DNA of 64,000 nt from Felis catus (taxonomy: Eukaryota), in the NCBI RefSeq assembly GCF_018350175.1, contig NC_058368.1, positions 8,122,001-8,186,000 of the forward strand, given 5' to 3'. Positions 1-13,617 of the stretch are shown here, piece by piece. Under the pieces are notes generated by a model. That model was not told the DNA's origin and made no database searches. It worked only from the letters and a program-made list of their open reading frames with translations. The position numbers were made by a program, and so were the translations under genes. The stretch's first letter is position 1. Each line of letters starts with the position of its first letter.

Positions 1-2611
1 GAGCAGTCTCTTCTCGCGTAGCCTTCCAGCCGATTTGGCCTCGGCTCTGGAAGGGATCACCACTTCAGTTGACATCGAGAGGTGTAGCTGGCTGTCTGCT
101 TGGGGTCCGTGATGTAGGGGTCACACTGAAGAAAAACCCTCCCATCTTCCGAGGGTCACAGCGAGTGAGAGTGAGAGCACTGTGTTTGTCCTCTCTCAGC
201 ACAGGATGGTCATTCAGTGACGAGCAGAATCGCCAGGACGCCACGTGTTCTCTGTCCCCATCCCCCTCCCTGAGCAGACATAGGTTCCCTCGCCTAGGAG
301 CCAGTCACTGCGGGGAACCCAGGGATCCTCACTCCTTGCAGCGTCCACAGCCTCATGAGGTTCACGGCTGCGAACCAAACTTTACATTACGACAAGGTGA
401 AACGCAAAGAGACGCATCAAAACGGTACGGGGACACAGAGGTGGCCACCACTAGCTGAGTGGGGGGCGCCGGGGAAGGTTGTGCGGGAGAGGTGACATTT
501 GACCTGGGTTTCCAGGGTTGGCTGTGAATTTACAGGGTCCAGAAGGGGAGGGAAGCCTGTCCGAGGGAGGCCTGGAAGGGCGCAGCAAGAGGTGGAGGGA
601 ATGGGGAGCAAAGACAGAAAATGAAGTCAGAAAGTAAGCTGGGGACCAAACTTGACTTTGTACTGGCACGTTGTATGAGAAAAATAATGCCAGACTTAAA
701 CGGCTCACCCCACTCTCTGTACAGCAGCCGGAAGAGCAAATAGTCTTGAGTCGTATGCACTCTTTGTACACAGGGGGCAGGAAAAAGACCAAACGAGAGA
801 TGTCTTTTCCAGGCCCGACTCCCAGTGAAGCCACTTCCGGCTGGAATAACTGGCCACTGAAGTCAGCCTCACTCTTCCTTTTCAGCAACCTTGGTTGGGA
901 GTAAGAAACACAGCGGTGGTCTTGACCTTGGAAAACACGGAAGTCTCTGTTCCTATCCTTTCTACCTTAGCTGGGCACCTTTCACACCAAGACCACAGCA
1001 GATTGCCCCCAAGAGGAGTGAGACATCTCATGCTCGATATGGTTCAAGTGGGAACTTAATCTAGGCTCATGTATGATCTCCAACCAGTAGTGATTTGGCA
1101 AGATCCCAGGAGGAAAAGAAATTTGTGTTCTAAGTTACAGCTAATTGTTCCCGTATTATTTTGCACTTCCCTATTACCTGAGCCGTAAGCATGCTTGAGG
1201 CAAGATACAGCATGAGTTAAAGTGAGCGTTAAAAAAAAGAAGCAAATTTGTTCCATTTGCAAGGAAGGTGAAGGGCATGGGTTGACAAAGAGAAGGGAGT
1301 ATTCAGCTGGCGAGCGACTCTCTAATTCTAAGAATGTTACAGAAAACCCTGGTAATACCACTACCTGCGAGCTTAACCCTTCACTTTGCTTAACCCACAG
1401 CCGATGGAGCCTTGTGGAAAGTCAAAAGGTAATAAACAATTTGCCGTTCGAGGCAAACTTATAAATTCCCAGGATAAAGATCTGAGAATGTTAAATCTTT
1501 GGGAAATACACAGGAAGAGTGAGGCAAAATGCCACCCACCCCCTCCTAATAGCTTTTAAATAAGATTCAGGAAGAGGTTTCAAAGTGAAGTGTTCAAAAC
1601 ATCTGCTTCTTATTTGAAATATAATTAGAAGTGTATCTTAATATATAAGGAATTTTAAGAGCTGAGAGGAAGAACGTTTCTGGGTGACTAAGTGTTTTGG
1701 ATGATGTCACAGTCATGGCATGAAGAGCAATACCAAAGACTCTTTAGCAAGATTTTGAGGAATTGTTTTCCTTAGTTGGTTTATTATCTTTGCGAGAAGT
1801 CATTTACAAATCAAATCAGAAGAAAGAGAAGGCGACTTTATCGAACACGATGAGGGATCGAGGGATTCCTGCCCCTGAATGTTACAAAGAGACACCAAAT
1901 GTTCTGTTACTTCTTTCCATTCCCGGCCCTTCTCCACTCCTATTTGTTTTTATTTGGTCCGTTTTCCACCCTGAGAGTCATAAAGAAAAAGGAACGTGCA
2001 TTTGATTAGAGAACTAAAAAAAGGAAACAAATGGCCACCGTCTGGCTCCCTGTTGCACATCACTTACCTGTCTCCCCTTGGCCAAATTTTTATGTCCTCA
2101 CATCCAGACCTATTACATTAGAACCCCTGGGGGGGTCAGACCCAGGCATGGAGGGGGGGGTTTGTTGTTGTTTTGTTTTGGTTTTTGGTTTTTAAGCTCC
2201 CCAGGTGATGCTAATATGCAGCCCAGCCTGAGAACCACTGTCATGGATGATATGACCTCACGAGGGAGAGACTCCCCCGGGGGTCTCCACGCCATAAGCA
2301 AGTCGTTCCCAGGCTTTTGTATTCACAGAGCAGCAACATTTCAAAAAGCACTTGGGAGAGCCATATATCCTTTTTGTCAACATAGTAAAAACAGCCATTA
2401 TTTCATGAAATGAAGGACATTTTAATATCGGGAGAACAGAAGGACGTAATCAGAGAGTATTAAAAATCTGATTACATGTACATATGCACATACCTACGTA
2501 TACATACATATTTCATCGTCTTTCTTTTTGCCCTTTGGCGAAGGAAAGTTCTTCTTGGACTGCCTGGCTCTGGGAATGACTTGGATCCTATCCGCAGTGT
2601 TCCTTCCAAGA

Positions 2612-2860
2612 AGCTGACACTAATCGAGCACTTACTACATGCCAAGCACTTGTCTCGTTACTTTACATATATGAACTCGCTTCATTCCCACAACCCTAAA
2701 ACGTGGGCGGTGCTTATTATGTTCATTTCTCAGGTGAAGAAACAGATCACAGGGGGTTGAGCAATTCGCCTCAGGTCACGCAGTGAGTGATGGAGCCTGA
2801 GTTTGAACCCAGGCAATCTGATTTCAGAATCCTGCGTTCCTAACCCGTTCACCGTGCACG
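2612..2860 (-). mobile_element. MIR
   Basis: gagcacttactacatgccaagcact...caggtgaagaaacaga...gagtttgaacccaggcaatctg. Confidence 0.8.
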
Positions 2861-3649
2861 TAGTCGGGTGTTCATGTATTACATTATTCCGCAAGCAGTT
2901 CTTAAGCAGCTACTATGTGCTAGGTGCTGCGATGAACCCCAGGGGGTGTAAAACCTGGGCCCTTGATGCCTGGGTGATATGGAGACGTATCTCTCCCACC
3001 TCCCATGTTTCCCAGGAAGAGAATGAAGGAGGAGTACATTCAGCTTCTCTCTGTCCCCCTACCCACTATGAGCAGATGGCTGGCGCTTTGGAAGAAGCAA
3101 CCTGGTGGGCCAAGCCTGGTTTTTCTCCTCGGGAGGGGGTCGTTTGTAGTGGTGCCGATGACCGTGGGGGAAGTCTGGCCAGTTCACCGCCGTCCTGGAA
3201 GCCGTACCGGCCACTCAGTTACTGAGGGGCCTGGCCCCAAGCCGCGTATCCGCCGTAACTGGGCTTATCATCACTGGCAACAACCGCCGGGAATGAGAAA
3301 AGACTGGTCTCCCTGTGAATCTACACTGAAAACACATGAGTTGGGAAAAGCTGGGCATCTCTCCCGACATTCCCACATCCTCAACAGTTGCCAAAGGCCA
3401 AGGGTCTTGTACGTAGCATACAGGTGCCCACAGAGGTAGGCTAGGGAGCCCAAAGCAGGGGTTCCCAGCACAGACTGTGGGATAAGGTATACGAAATGCA
3501 GTTCTGGAGGCCCACAGGCAATTTAGACCTTGAGGGGTAGGGAGGGGGTGGTAGGATGCTCCAGGCAGGGGTGAAGGAAAATGCCGAGGCGGGAAAGGAC
3601 ATGGCATGCCGTTTAGGATGACCCGAGCACAAAGCCTCTGCCGCGGACC

Positions 3650-3960
3650 CGGTAGGAAGTGAGGACGGAGGGAGAGGCAGGGATAGAATTGGGAAAGGCC
3701 TTGAATGCCCGGCCAAGGCCTTTTGGATTTCATCCTGAAGGCAATGAGGAGTGCCCGAAGGATTTTAAGTGGGGAGTGAGTGGCATGATTTTACGTTTTG
3801 GCGAGATTGCTCTAGAACAGTATGGAGAACTGCGGACGGGATTGGCTTACCGGGAGGCTAGGACAGTGGCCAGGCGAAAGATGATGAGGTCCAGAGCCAA
3901 GGGTTTGGCTGTGTGGGCGAAGAGGAGGAGAGAGATTAAAGGGATGTCCGTGGATCACAG
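3650..3960 (+). mobile_element. L2 fragment
   Basis: tttggatttcatcctgaaggcaatgaggag...gattttaag...ggcatgattttacgtttt. Confidence 0.7.
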
Positions 3961-4819
3961 CGACTTATCAGCTTCGGGGATCAGGGGAAAAGGGGGAGGG
4001 CTGAGTTCTGGCTCAATGACTGGGCCTATGTCGGTGCTGTTCCCGATAGGGATTATAAGGACAGCGGGAAGGGATCGTTTTGAGGGGAGCTTTTGTCATG
4101 CTGTGGTTGGCCCCTCCCGTGGTTCACTGAAAGGGACCCCAGTATCGCAAGCCTGGCACTCTCCTGCAATTGCCAGCGACACCCATGAGACCGCAGCAGC
4201 CGTCCAGTGGTACGGGCTGGGATCCGTTTCGTTTCTTTCCCTCGCTCTGGGCACTGGCAGAGCATCAGCTGAGCGTCCAAGGTGTGGTTCTGGCTCCCTT
4301 TCCCCTGGGAATCACCAAGTGCCTCCTATTCTCCCTCCCCGCCAGTCACTCCCACCACACTCCCCAGCAACTGGTTCCACCAGTTTTTCTCAGCATTCTT
4401 CTCTTTCCTCCGCTCCTCCAGCCGAAAGCTATCCCGATGGAATCACCTACCCTCCAGGCAAACACGTTCTTCCCCTTCCTCGGGCAAGACACCCCATCCT
4501 AGCCAAGAAGCCACTACCCCGTTATCTTAACTCACGCTCCCAGCTGGTCTGTCTGTTTTGTGCGGAGCCCATCTGGGGTCAGCTCTGCCTGGGGCTGGTG
4601 GATTTAGCTTAAATATTCCAGCGCATCTGTTTTTTTCTGAGGTCTGCCCTGACAGAAGGCACACTCTGGTCTTTTAGCAGGAATTTAAGGTGATTGGGAC
4701 CATCTTGGGGTCAGCAGAAGAAGGGCTTGGGGCCACCCCGCCACGGAGCTAGAGCAACTCCAAGAATCTCCTCAGTGCCCCCTGCTCGGACTCTAGTATT
4801 TACCAAGAAGGACTCTTCA

Positions 4820-5045
4820 GGGGGCGCCTGGGTAGCTCTGTGGCTTAAGTATCTGACTCTTGGTATCAGCTCAGGTCATAATCTTACAGTTCGTGGGATT
4901 GAGCCCCGCGTCGGGCTCTACGCTGACAACACGGAGCCTGCTTCGGATATTTTCTCTCCCCCTCTCTCTTCCCCTCCCCTGCTTACGCGTGCTTTCTTTC
5001 TCTCTCTCAAAATAAATAAATAAACTTAAAAAAAAAAAGAAAAAA
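4820..5045 (+). mobile_element. CanSINE (feline SINEC)
   Basis: GGGGCGCCTGGGT head, (CT)n, A-tail, flanking gactcttc duplication. Confidence 0.95.
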
Positions 5046-5584
5046 GAAAAGACTCTTCTGTATTGGCCTCTCTCTACCCTCTGAGACTGGGCCGAGCCTG
5101 CGAGAAGATGGCTGGATTCTGGGCCAATAGGAAGATCACAGAAACAGCTAATTTTAGTCGACAATCGGAGAAGTTAAGTTTAGGACTGAATTAGATCTCG
5201 AATTTCCTTCTGGACCCTGCAACTCCGAGGACTTGCCTACCAAACGTGGCTGACTGCCATCGGCCAGGCCGGCATGGAGGAGGGTGGAGGCTCCAGGACT
5301 GTATTCTGGCAGGCTGGTCACCCGGCTCAGGCCTCTATAACCTCACCCTTTCCCATCCAGGGGGCGTCGTTTTGATGTGAATTGGAATTCAGACACGGCT
5401 CGATTATAGACCAAGCTCTGTTAACGAAATGGTGTTGCAACACCAAAGCTCTCGCAAAGAACCCGGACAAATGCAAGTGACCCTGCAGCCAAAACACAAA
5501 AATATCCCCTTCCAACACTGCTGCTCTATTGGGCCTTCCCTAAGCCCCAGCCGTGTGAATTGCCCCAGTGTAGTTAGTAACTTT

Positions 5585-5813
5585 CTTTTTTTTTTTTTTT
5601 TTAATTTTTTTTTTTTTAACATTTATTTATTTTTGAGACAGAGACAGAGCATGAACGGGGAGGGTCAGAGAGAGGGAGACACAGAATCGGAAACAGGCTC
5701 CGGGCTCTGAGCTGTCCGCACAGAGCCCGACGCGGGGCTCGAACTCACGGACCGCGAGATCGTGACCTGAGCCGAAGTCGGCCGCTTAACCGCCTGAGCC
5801 ACCCAGGCGCCCC
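5585..5813 (-). mobile_element. CanSINE
   Basis: Reverse-complement SINEC_Fc body with T-rich tail. Confidence 0.95.
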
Positions 5814-7623
5814 AATAACTTTCAACTCCCACCCGTCTTATCTCCTGCCCCTCTCCAGTTTTGCGTTGTCACGGAAGCGTTCTGGATTGGAAGGCGGGAA
5901 ATCGGGTTTTTATTCTGATTCTGCCCCTTCCCCGCAACAGCCACTTGGGCAGGTTACTTAACTCCTCTGGGCTTCAGTGTTACTCATCTAAAAATATCAG
6001 ATTGAAAAGGAGATTAAAAGAGATTAGATGAGAAAACACGTGGAAACTCTTGCATTTGGTACAGAGCAACAAAACGAGAGTTTTCTGTAAATGTCGCTTC
6101 AAAGCACTGCTGACCCTTTTCATATACTAATTTAAATGTTTCCCTTTGGCTCACACTGTTTATAGATTCACGTGGCAAGCAGTTATCAGCATCATCGCGG
6201 TATGGCAGTTCCGTCTTGTTAAATGAGTTTATCTGTGTTTTTCTCTCCCTGATATTTCCTGTAACCTTCACTCCAACCAGACAACAGTCAGAGGTTCTGT
6301 TTTCCCGGACTTCGTGTCTGAGAGGTGAGAGCAGAAATGTAGAGAGAACCAATAAAGCCCTGCTCGGTTTTCGGATGTCAAAATAGACTTTGAGTCTCAT
6401 AGCAGAGATAAGATAAAAGAGAAAGTTTTTGAGTCACAAAAAATAGGGTCTGAAAGGATTTAGGGCATAGAGGTGCCATCAACAACATAGTCAGGAGAAT
6501 GAATGATCAGATGAGAACAGCTTTTTGCAGTCCGAGAGAGTCATCCAGACCAAATGGGGTGGGCAGGGGAGAAGGCATCGGGGGGAGACAGGGTATTGTA
6601 GAGGAGAGCCTTACTTCCATCTCGGGAGAGACGGATTGGGTGGCAGGGCTCTCTCATGCTGGTGGGGGGCAGAGCATCAGTAGGGTAAAAAATGGCGGCC
6701 GGGTCAATCCACGTAGGGAACGTCTGAGACAGCCCCACCAGATTGTTCTGTCCCCAGTGTGAAGCATTCAAAAGTTAGCCATCTCTCCTTCCCTTACTGA
6801 GAGACAGTCAATAAACCTTCAGAGGAGGGCTAAGCATGACCTGCAGTGATCCAAGAACACACCAGAAGAAAGGGGATCATCACAGCCAATGCCAACGTAG
6901 GGAGTTGACAAGGACCAGGGACCTGGTGGAAGGGGGAACATCTTGGCTGATGCCAGAACGGGTAGATGATAATATGAGGGATCTGATCCCTTGAAGATGT
7001 GGCGTGTTAGCTAGAACTTGGACCTGTCCCCAGGCACATGGGCAGGGAGGGAAAACTCTGAATCAGTCAAGAACCTCCTGACTGAGTTTATTCTGAAGTG
7101 GCTGAGTTTTTACCACGAGAAGAATGGGGATTCAAGAAACAATATTATATTCCGTTAAAGAAAATAAAGTTCTACAGTTTTGCACCTCTGAGTTTTGTGG
7201 ATTAAGACTTTGTGACTACTAAAATACATTGTTCTCTCACCCGTTGATGATTCGGAGCACTTTCACATGTCATTTAAGTCGGGGCTGATGCTCCACGGGC
7301 ACGCACTCACCGGGACAGCCATACCGGGATCCGATTGGCTGATGATTTTGCCATACTGGTTATTAAATATTTTGAAATTACCCTGAAATTGAATGTCTAC
7401 TAATATGCATAGTCGCTGTGTTTGGGGTCAGTGTGTCTCATTTCTATTATAAATATCTTTATTCATTTATTCATTCGAGAAATAGTTACATTCTTTCCAA
7501 ATACCAGCAACTATTCTAGCAACTTAATGGTGAAAGGAACAGAAAAATAAGTTTCTGCCATCGTGGGCCTTACAGTCTAGTAGCAGAGATAGACAGAATT
7601 TAAGAATCCAAAAAATAGTGTTA

Positions 7624-7756
7624 GGGGTGCCTGGGTGGCTCAGTTGGTTAAGCATCTGACTTTGGCTCAGGTCGTGCTCTTGTGGTTTGTGGGTCTGAGC
7701 CCCGTGTCAGTCTCTGTGCTGACAGTCAGAGCCTGGAGCCTGTTTCAGATTCTGTG

Positions 7757-7794
<38 letters not shown>

Positions 7795-7870
7795 CCTCCC
7801 TTGTTCATGCTCTGTCTCTCTCTCTCTCGAAAATAACTAACATTAAAAAAAATTTTTTTTAATAAATAAA
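7624..7870 (+). mobile_element. CanSINE
   Basis: Head, (CT)n, A-tail. Confidence 0.95.
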
Positions 7871-9856
7871 TGTGAAATTACAACTGTTATCTCAATCAAA
7901 ACAAAGAAACAAAATTAACAAACAAACAAACAAAACAAAACAAACCCCAAAAACAAAAACAAACAAAAATTATAACTGTGATGCCCAGTACCTGGAAGGG
8001 GTACCTGGTGTTATGAGATTTCATAATTATATGCAGAGAGGTCACTTGAAGAGGTTAAGACTGGGCCGAGTCTAAAGAATGATGAGGTGTTAACCAGGTA
8101 AAGATGGAAGAGTAGGGAGTAGGGCATTTCAGGCAAAAGAATAGCACGTGCAAAGGTCCTGTGGTCTGAGGCAGCATGGTGGAGGACCAAGAAGGACAGA
8201 AAGGGGCCAGAATGGCTGAGGATAACCTGGAGTGTGGCCCAGGATGAGGCTGGACCTGGTAGGCCATGATAAAGATTAAATCTTTATCCCCAGGGGAAAG
8301 AAAAGGTTTTAAGCAAGACAGTAGGCTACAGGGGGATTGTGCCTCCCCCGGAACTGACTTTTAGTGTAGACACAGAAATCACTCTGGGAGGGTTTACGGC
8401 TTTGAAGATACACAATGCGGATGCAGCCAGTGACTGCGCAGAAATAACCATTTGTCCTGACAGAAATTTCTGGGTGTCTGCTACATGCAGATAAGGCTAG
8501 TTATGGGTACACGCTGGATCCGCGTGCTCCTACCTGCCCAGCACCCGGTTCTCCCTTCTGATAACAGCTCCTTGGTCGCCCTGCAGGGAACCACGTTTCG
8601 CCGCTGTCATTCCAGCTGAGAACCGGTGGGGTCAGTTCTGTTTTATTGCAGCCCCACCGCGACTGGCTCGGGGACAGCACAAGAGTCAACCACCTGGTCC
8701 ACTACGCCTCCTTCCTAGAGCCTCTTCCACAACAGTGGGGAGGGGGGATCCCGGGGATCGCCCCACCGAGGGATGTGGTCCCGAGGCTGCCCCCCGGCCA
8801 CCGTGCAGAAAGGGTGTGTCTGAGAGTGAAGCCGGTGCAGAAGGAACGTGAGCTGAGGCGAGAGAGTCCTCAGGCCCAACAGCATCTCCTGGAGCCTGAA
8901 CTTTGTAGTGTTGGGGGCCCGCGGCTTCGGCGATTTGAGCTGGCCCTCTTAGCGGCGGCCCAGAGGTTGGTCTCTCCTGGCTCTCACTCCCAAGTTCCCG
9001 AGCCGTGACCTTTGTTTCACATGCTTCTTTCCCCTTCTAGCGCGCGGTTCCCGCCCTGCTCCCGTGGGTGGAGGCCCTTCATTTGCCCACTTCTTCACAC
9101 CTTCCATCGTCTTCCATTCCCCACCCCCAGTGTCATCTTTATGCATATTTTAGGGTCTCCCGGCCCGGGTCTTTATCACCCCTCCCAAGCATCAGCATTG
9201 TTTCACGGCCCTGGCTCTCAAACTCACATCTCCGGGGACGTGTCCCCATCTTTTGACTTACAGCACAACCCATCACCTGTGCCACCGAACGGGAGGGAGA
9301 GCGTTGTTACAGCCACGAGGGAGGCCAGGCGGAGTATATTCCGGCCTCTCGCTTTACAGGTGACACAGCTGGAGACCAGAGAGGCTGCGACTGGTCTAGA
9401 CCATGCAGAGAGTTGGTCGGCAATTGCTGAATTGTCCAAAAGGATGTGGGGCAAAGCACCGCCCAGCTCCTCCTGCTGCTCGGCATTACTGAAACGTCGA
9501 AACCCACGGTGCCTTGCCTGTTCGAGAAACGGTAATGAGAAAGGGCAGGGTTCGTCCCCCTCCGCTGACTCTGTCGTCACCAGTTAGCTCATGAGAAATG
9601 CAGCGACTGCTGCGGGTTTAGGAGAGAAGGGGGCTAGAGAGGTGGAAACCTTGAATACAGGAGATCAGGCTGAGAGAGTAACACGATCACGCAGAGTTTG
9701 AAAGAAACCCTGTTTGCCGCCGAACGCATCTGCCAGATACGCTTGACCTCCTTCATCCTCATCTGCGCATGACCTCCTTCGTCCAGCTGAAACTCTCATT
9801 CCGTCTTCGCTTGGTGCCCCCGGTACTGCTGGCCACCTTAAGAAAACGAAAGTTTA

Positions 9857-10075
9857 GGGGCGCCCGGGTGGCTCAGTCGGTTGAGCGTCCGACTTCGGCT
9901 CAGGTCATGATCTCGTAGTACGTGAGTTCGAGTCCTGTGTTGGGCTCCCCGCTGATAGCACAGAGCCTGCTTGGGATTCTCTGTCTCTCTGTCTCTGCCT
10001 CTGTCTGTCTCTCTCTCTCTCTGCCCCTCCCCCTCTCTCTTTCTCAAAACTAAATAAATAAAGTTAAAAAAAAGA
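9857..10075 (+). mobile_element. CanSINE
   Basis: Head, (CT)n, A-tail. Confidence 0.95.
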
Positions 10076-11344
10076 AACAAACACGAAGGGGAAGAAAATA
10101 GGGGGGTATTACTGAAACGCCACTTAGGTGCTGCCGCGAGGGATTTTAATGCAGCTGCTGCCTTCTCCTAAGGGGAGATCACGCCCCTCTTGGTGGAAAA
10201 GGAGGCATATATAAAATAATAATAAAAACGGTCACTGCCTCGATTGAACAATAATTGCTCTGCATTGCACATGGGTGTGTATATTCAAGAGAGATGTAGA
10301 TAAATGTGGATGACAAACTTAAACAGTTAGGAAGCAACGATTCTTAACATCTGAAGAGGTAATGTCAGCCAAAAAACCCCCAAAATCCTTGATGAGGGTA
10401 AGGAGGCATTTCTCCTGGACACACACACACGCACGCGATGTACACAGGTTGTCTCGTGCATCCAAGTGACTTCCTTGTTTGGATAACTGGAAAGTACATT
10501 TGTGGCACCTCCTGAGGTAGGATGCAAACTGAGTTGAGGATGAATGAAATTTGCAACCATTTCTCTTCAGCCATTTCGCACAAGCCCTGACGCAATGAAA
10601 TTGTGTTCTAAAGACAAAGATTTGTCTAAAGGCAAACCATGTTCTAAAGACAAAGATGGGGACGAGACCTCTTTCTCAACAGAGGCGAGAGTCCTCTCTG
10701 TCCCTCTTTATTACTTTTGATGTGCTTGGGTCTTACCTCCCCAGCCGGACTCCTAGCTCCTTTTCTATACCTTGGCACGCCGCACAGACCCTGCTCTGGG
10801 ACCCCGCGTGTCGGACAGGCTCGGCAAATGCTGCTTGGTGGGCTGATGGCCAGCGGGACCAGGCAATTTCCTTCAAAACCAGGAGGACGTCTTGTCTTGG
10901 CAGCTCGTACTTGGAGGGTGAAAGACAAGCCAAAGACTGATTGAAACCGTAGCGGGTCTGGCTGTCCAAGCAGCCCGAGGTGGGGCAAAATGTGCTGAGC
11001 CTGGCCTGAGAGAGTCCAGCCCTGTGGTCAGACAGCCCCGGGCGCTTGTCCCGCCTTGACTCATCCAGGACTGGCTGCTTCTGCCTTTGAAAAGAGACCG
11101 GAGCCCCCGCTGAGGATTTGAAATTCAGTCATGATTTTTCAGTTGGGTCAGTCACCTCTTACTCTGATATTACTTGCTTCTCTTTCTGTCTGTCTGTCTG
11201 TCTGTCTCTCTTTTTCCGTCTCGGTTTCTCGCTTACTGTGCATTGAGCTTATTGGGGGCACAGAAAAAGGAAGAAAAGGTAAGGGAGTTCTACGAGGATG
11301 CCCTCCGCCTGGGAAGGCATTCTATTGCAAGAGGAACAAGGTTG

Positions 11345-11594
11345 TTTTTTTTTATTTTTTTATTTTTTTATTTTATTTATTTATTTTTTCAACGTTTATT
11401 TATTTTTGGGACAGAGAGAGAGACAGAGCATGAACGGGGGAGGGGCAGAGAGAGAGGGAGACACAGAATCGGAAACAGGCTCCAGGCTCTGAGCCATCAG
11501 CCCAGAGCCTGACGCGGGGCTCGAACTCACGGACCGCGAGATCGTGACCTGGCTGAAGTCGGACGCTTAACCGACTGCGCCACCCAGGTGCCCC
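11345..11594 (-). mobile_element. CanSINE (young SINEC_Fc)
   Basis: Near-consensus body, TSD aggttgttttttt. Confidence 0.95.
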
Positions 11595-11744
11595 TAGGTT
11601 GTTTTTTTTTAAAGAGGCTCACTTCTACCTAAAATCCCCGCCCCTCCCCCAAGCGCCTTACATTTCTAAGGAATCCCTTAGATTCCTGGAAGTGTCACAG
11701 GTTGCAACTCATTCCTTTCTCCTCTGTTAACATATAAACACACT

Positions 11745-11961
11745 TGGGGCGCCTGGGTGGCGCAGTCGGTTAAGCGTCTGACTTCAGCCAGGTCACGATC
11801 TCGCGGTCCGTGAGTTCGAGCCCCGCATCGGGCTCTGTGCGGACAGCTCAGAGCCTGGAGCCTGTTTCAGATTCTGTGTCTCCCTCTCTCTCTGCCCCTC
11901 CCCCATTCGTGCTCTGTCTCTCTCTGTCCCAAAAATAAATAAACGTTGAAAAAAAAATTTT
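11745..11961 (+). mobile_element. CanSINE (young)
   Basis: TSD aacatataaacacact. Confidence 0.95.
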
Positions 11962-12815
11962 AAAACATATAAACACACTCATTCAGAACGCTCTTTCAGA
12001 AAAATGGTAGCAGCCATTCATACTTTAGTATGAGTGAGTTTAGCAGATACTCCATTTATAGATGTCACTGAAAAAGAGACAGATGGAAGCAGGGGCCCTG
12101 AGCAATGGGGGGGGGGTATAAAGAGGGGAAGGGGAGTTACAGAAGAAATGAAGCAAAAAGAGAAAACTTTCTTCTTTCTTCTTTTTTCTTTCCTATTCTT
12201 TCTTCTTTCCTATTTTTGTCCCAGTGTCCAACATGCCTGTCTGGTTTAGGCTGATGGAAACGTGTGTGTGCGCGCGTTGGTGTGTGTGTTTTGTGCGTTT
12301 GCGCGTGTGTTGGAGTGGTGTGTGTGTGTGTGTGTGTGTTCATGTGTATGTTAGCGTGTGTGTGCGTTTGCAAGTCTGAGACGTTGAAGGGACAAGGACA
12401 TCAGTGAGTCTTTTCGGTTTTTCTCTAAATATTTCTAATTTTTTTGAAAATTTCTGTTACCTTGAACGATCCTTTACCTCCTTGTTTCTTATGCTCATAA
12501 CGTTATAAATGGAGAATAAATCCTGGAAAACCAGTCCATGCCATAAAATGCCAACGTTTCATAACAAAAAACACAGAAAAATAAGTAGAGCACAAATATA
12601 TGCTTTTATATTTATTTATTAAGTATCTAAAGCCAAACACTAAAAGCAACCCTGCTGATATTTCTTTGGAGGGTTTTTCTACAAAGGATGCACTTACTGA
12701 GCATTCTTAGAAGTGAGCTCATTCAAGTCTAAAGATGGCTTCTGTTGTCAACACGGGCATCCTTTATGGCCAGAAGGCCCTTGATATTACATAAAACTTA
12801 AGAGGCATCTTTCTT

Positions 12816-13257
12816 TTTAATTTTTTTGAACGTTTATTTATTTTTTGAGACAGAGAGAGACAGAGCATGAACAGGGGAGGGGCAGAGAGAGAGGGAGACA
12901 CAGAATCCGAAACAGGCTCCAGGCTCTGAGCCGTCAGCACAGAGCCCGACGCGGGGCTCGAACTCACAAACAGCGAGATCATGACCTGAGCCGAAGTCGG
13001 AGGCTTAACCGACTAAGCCACCCAGGCACCTCTCTACCATGTTATTATTATTTTTTTTAACATTTATTTATTTTTGAGACAGAGACAGAGCATGAACAGG
13101 GGAGGGGCAGAGAGAGAGGGAGACACAGAATCCGAAACAGGCTCCAGGCTCTGAGCCGTCAGCACACAGCCCGACGCAGGGCTCGAACTCACGAACCGGG
13201 AGATCATGACCTGAGCCGAAGTCGGACGCTTAACCGACTGAGCCACCCAGGCGCCCC
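12816..13257 (-). mobile_element. Tandem pair of CanSINEs within one 16-bp TSD
   Basis: SINEs at ~12816-13030 and ~13050-13257; aagaggcatctttctt at 12800-12815 and 13258-13273. Confidence 0.9.
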
Positions 13258-13453
13258 AAGAGGCATCTTTCTTAAGCCTCGTTTTTGCTAACGGAACATG
13301 TATGAGGGCATTTGAAATTGCTTGAATGGTAGCAGTGAAGGAACTTCCCTTTCCTTGCCCGCTGGACGGGGGGGGGGGGGGGGGGGGGGGCATGAGTCCA
13401 TCCTGAGTCAGAGGGCTGTTTGCTCTGCAGGTAAAGTCCTCAACACGCCCAGC

Positions 13454-13617
13454 CAGGACTGACTAGGTTAGTTGTGGGGTCCAGCGCAGAATGAAATCGA
13501 CAAGCCCCTCGTTCAAAAATAATTGAGAATTTCAATAAGGTGACAGCAGAGCATTAAAGCACGTGCAGGCCCTTCAGAGTGCAGGGCTCTGCCTGCCCGT
13601 GAAGCCACCAGCCCTGT
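13454..13617 (+). mobile_element. MER45A-like hAT-Tip100 fossil
   Basis: gttcaaaaataattgagaatttcaa..gtgacagcagagcattaaa...cccgtgaagcc..ccctg. Confidence 0.75.

Noticed and set aside
2508..2569. Possible minus-strand exon joining 709-761
   Set aside because: Poor pyrimidine tract, abuts a MIR, and the reading frame is ambiguous.
3659..4612. 317-aa ORF
   Set aside because: GTG start, the first third lies in an L2 remnant, and there is no recognisable domain.
10604..10657. 18-bp direct repeat tgttctaaagacaaagat (also a 16-bp repeat at 62074-62112)
   Set aside because: Only two copies; ordinary local slippage duplications, not CRISPR-like arrays.
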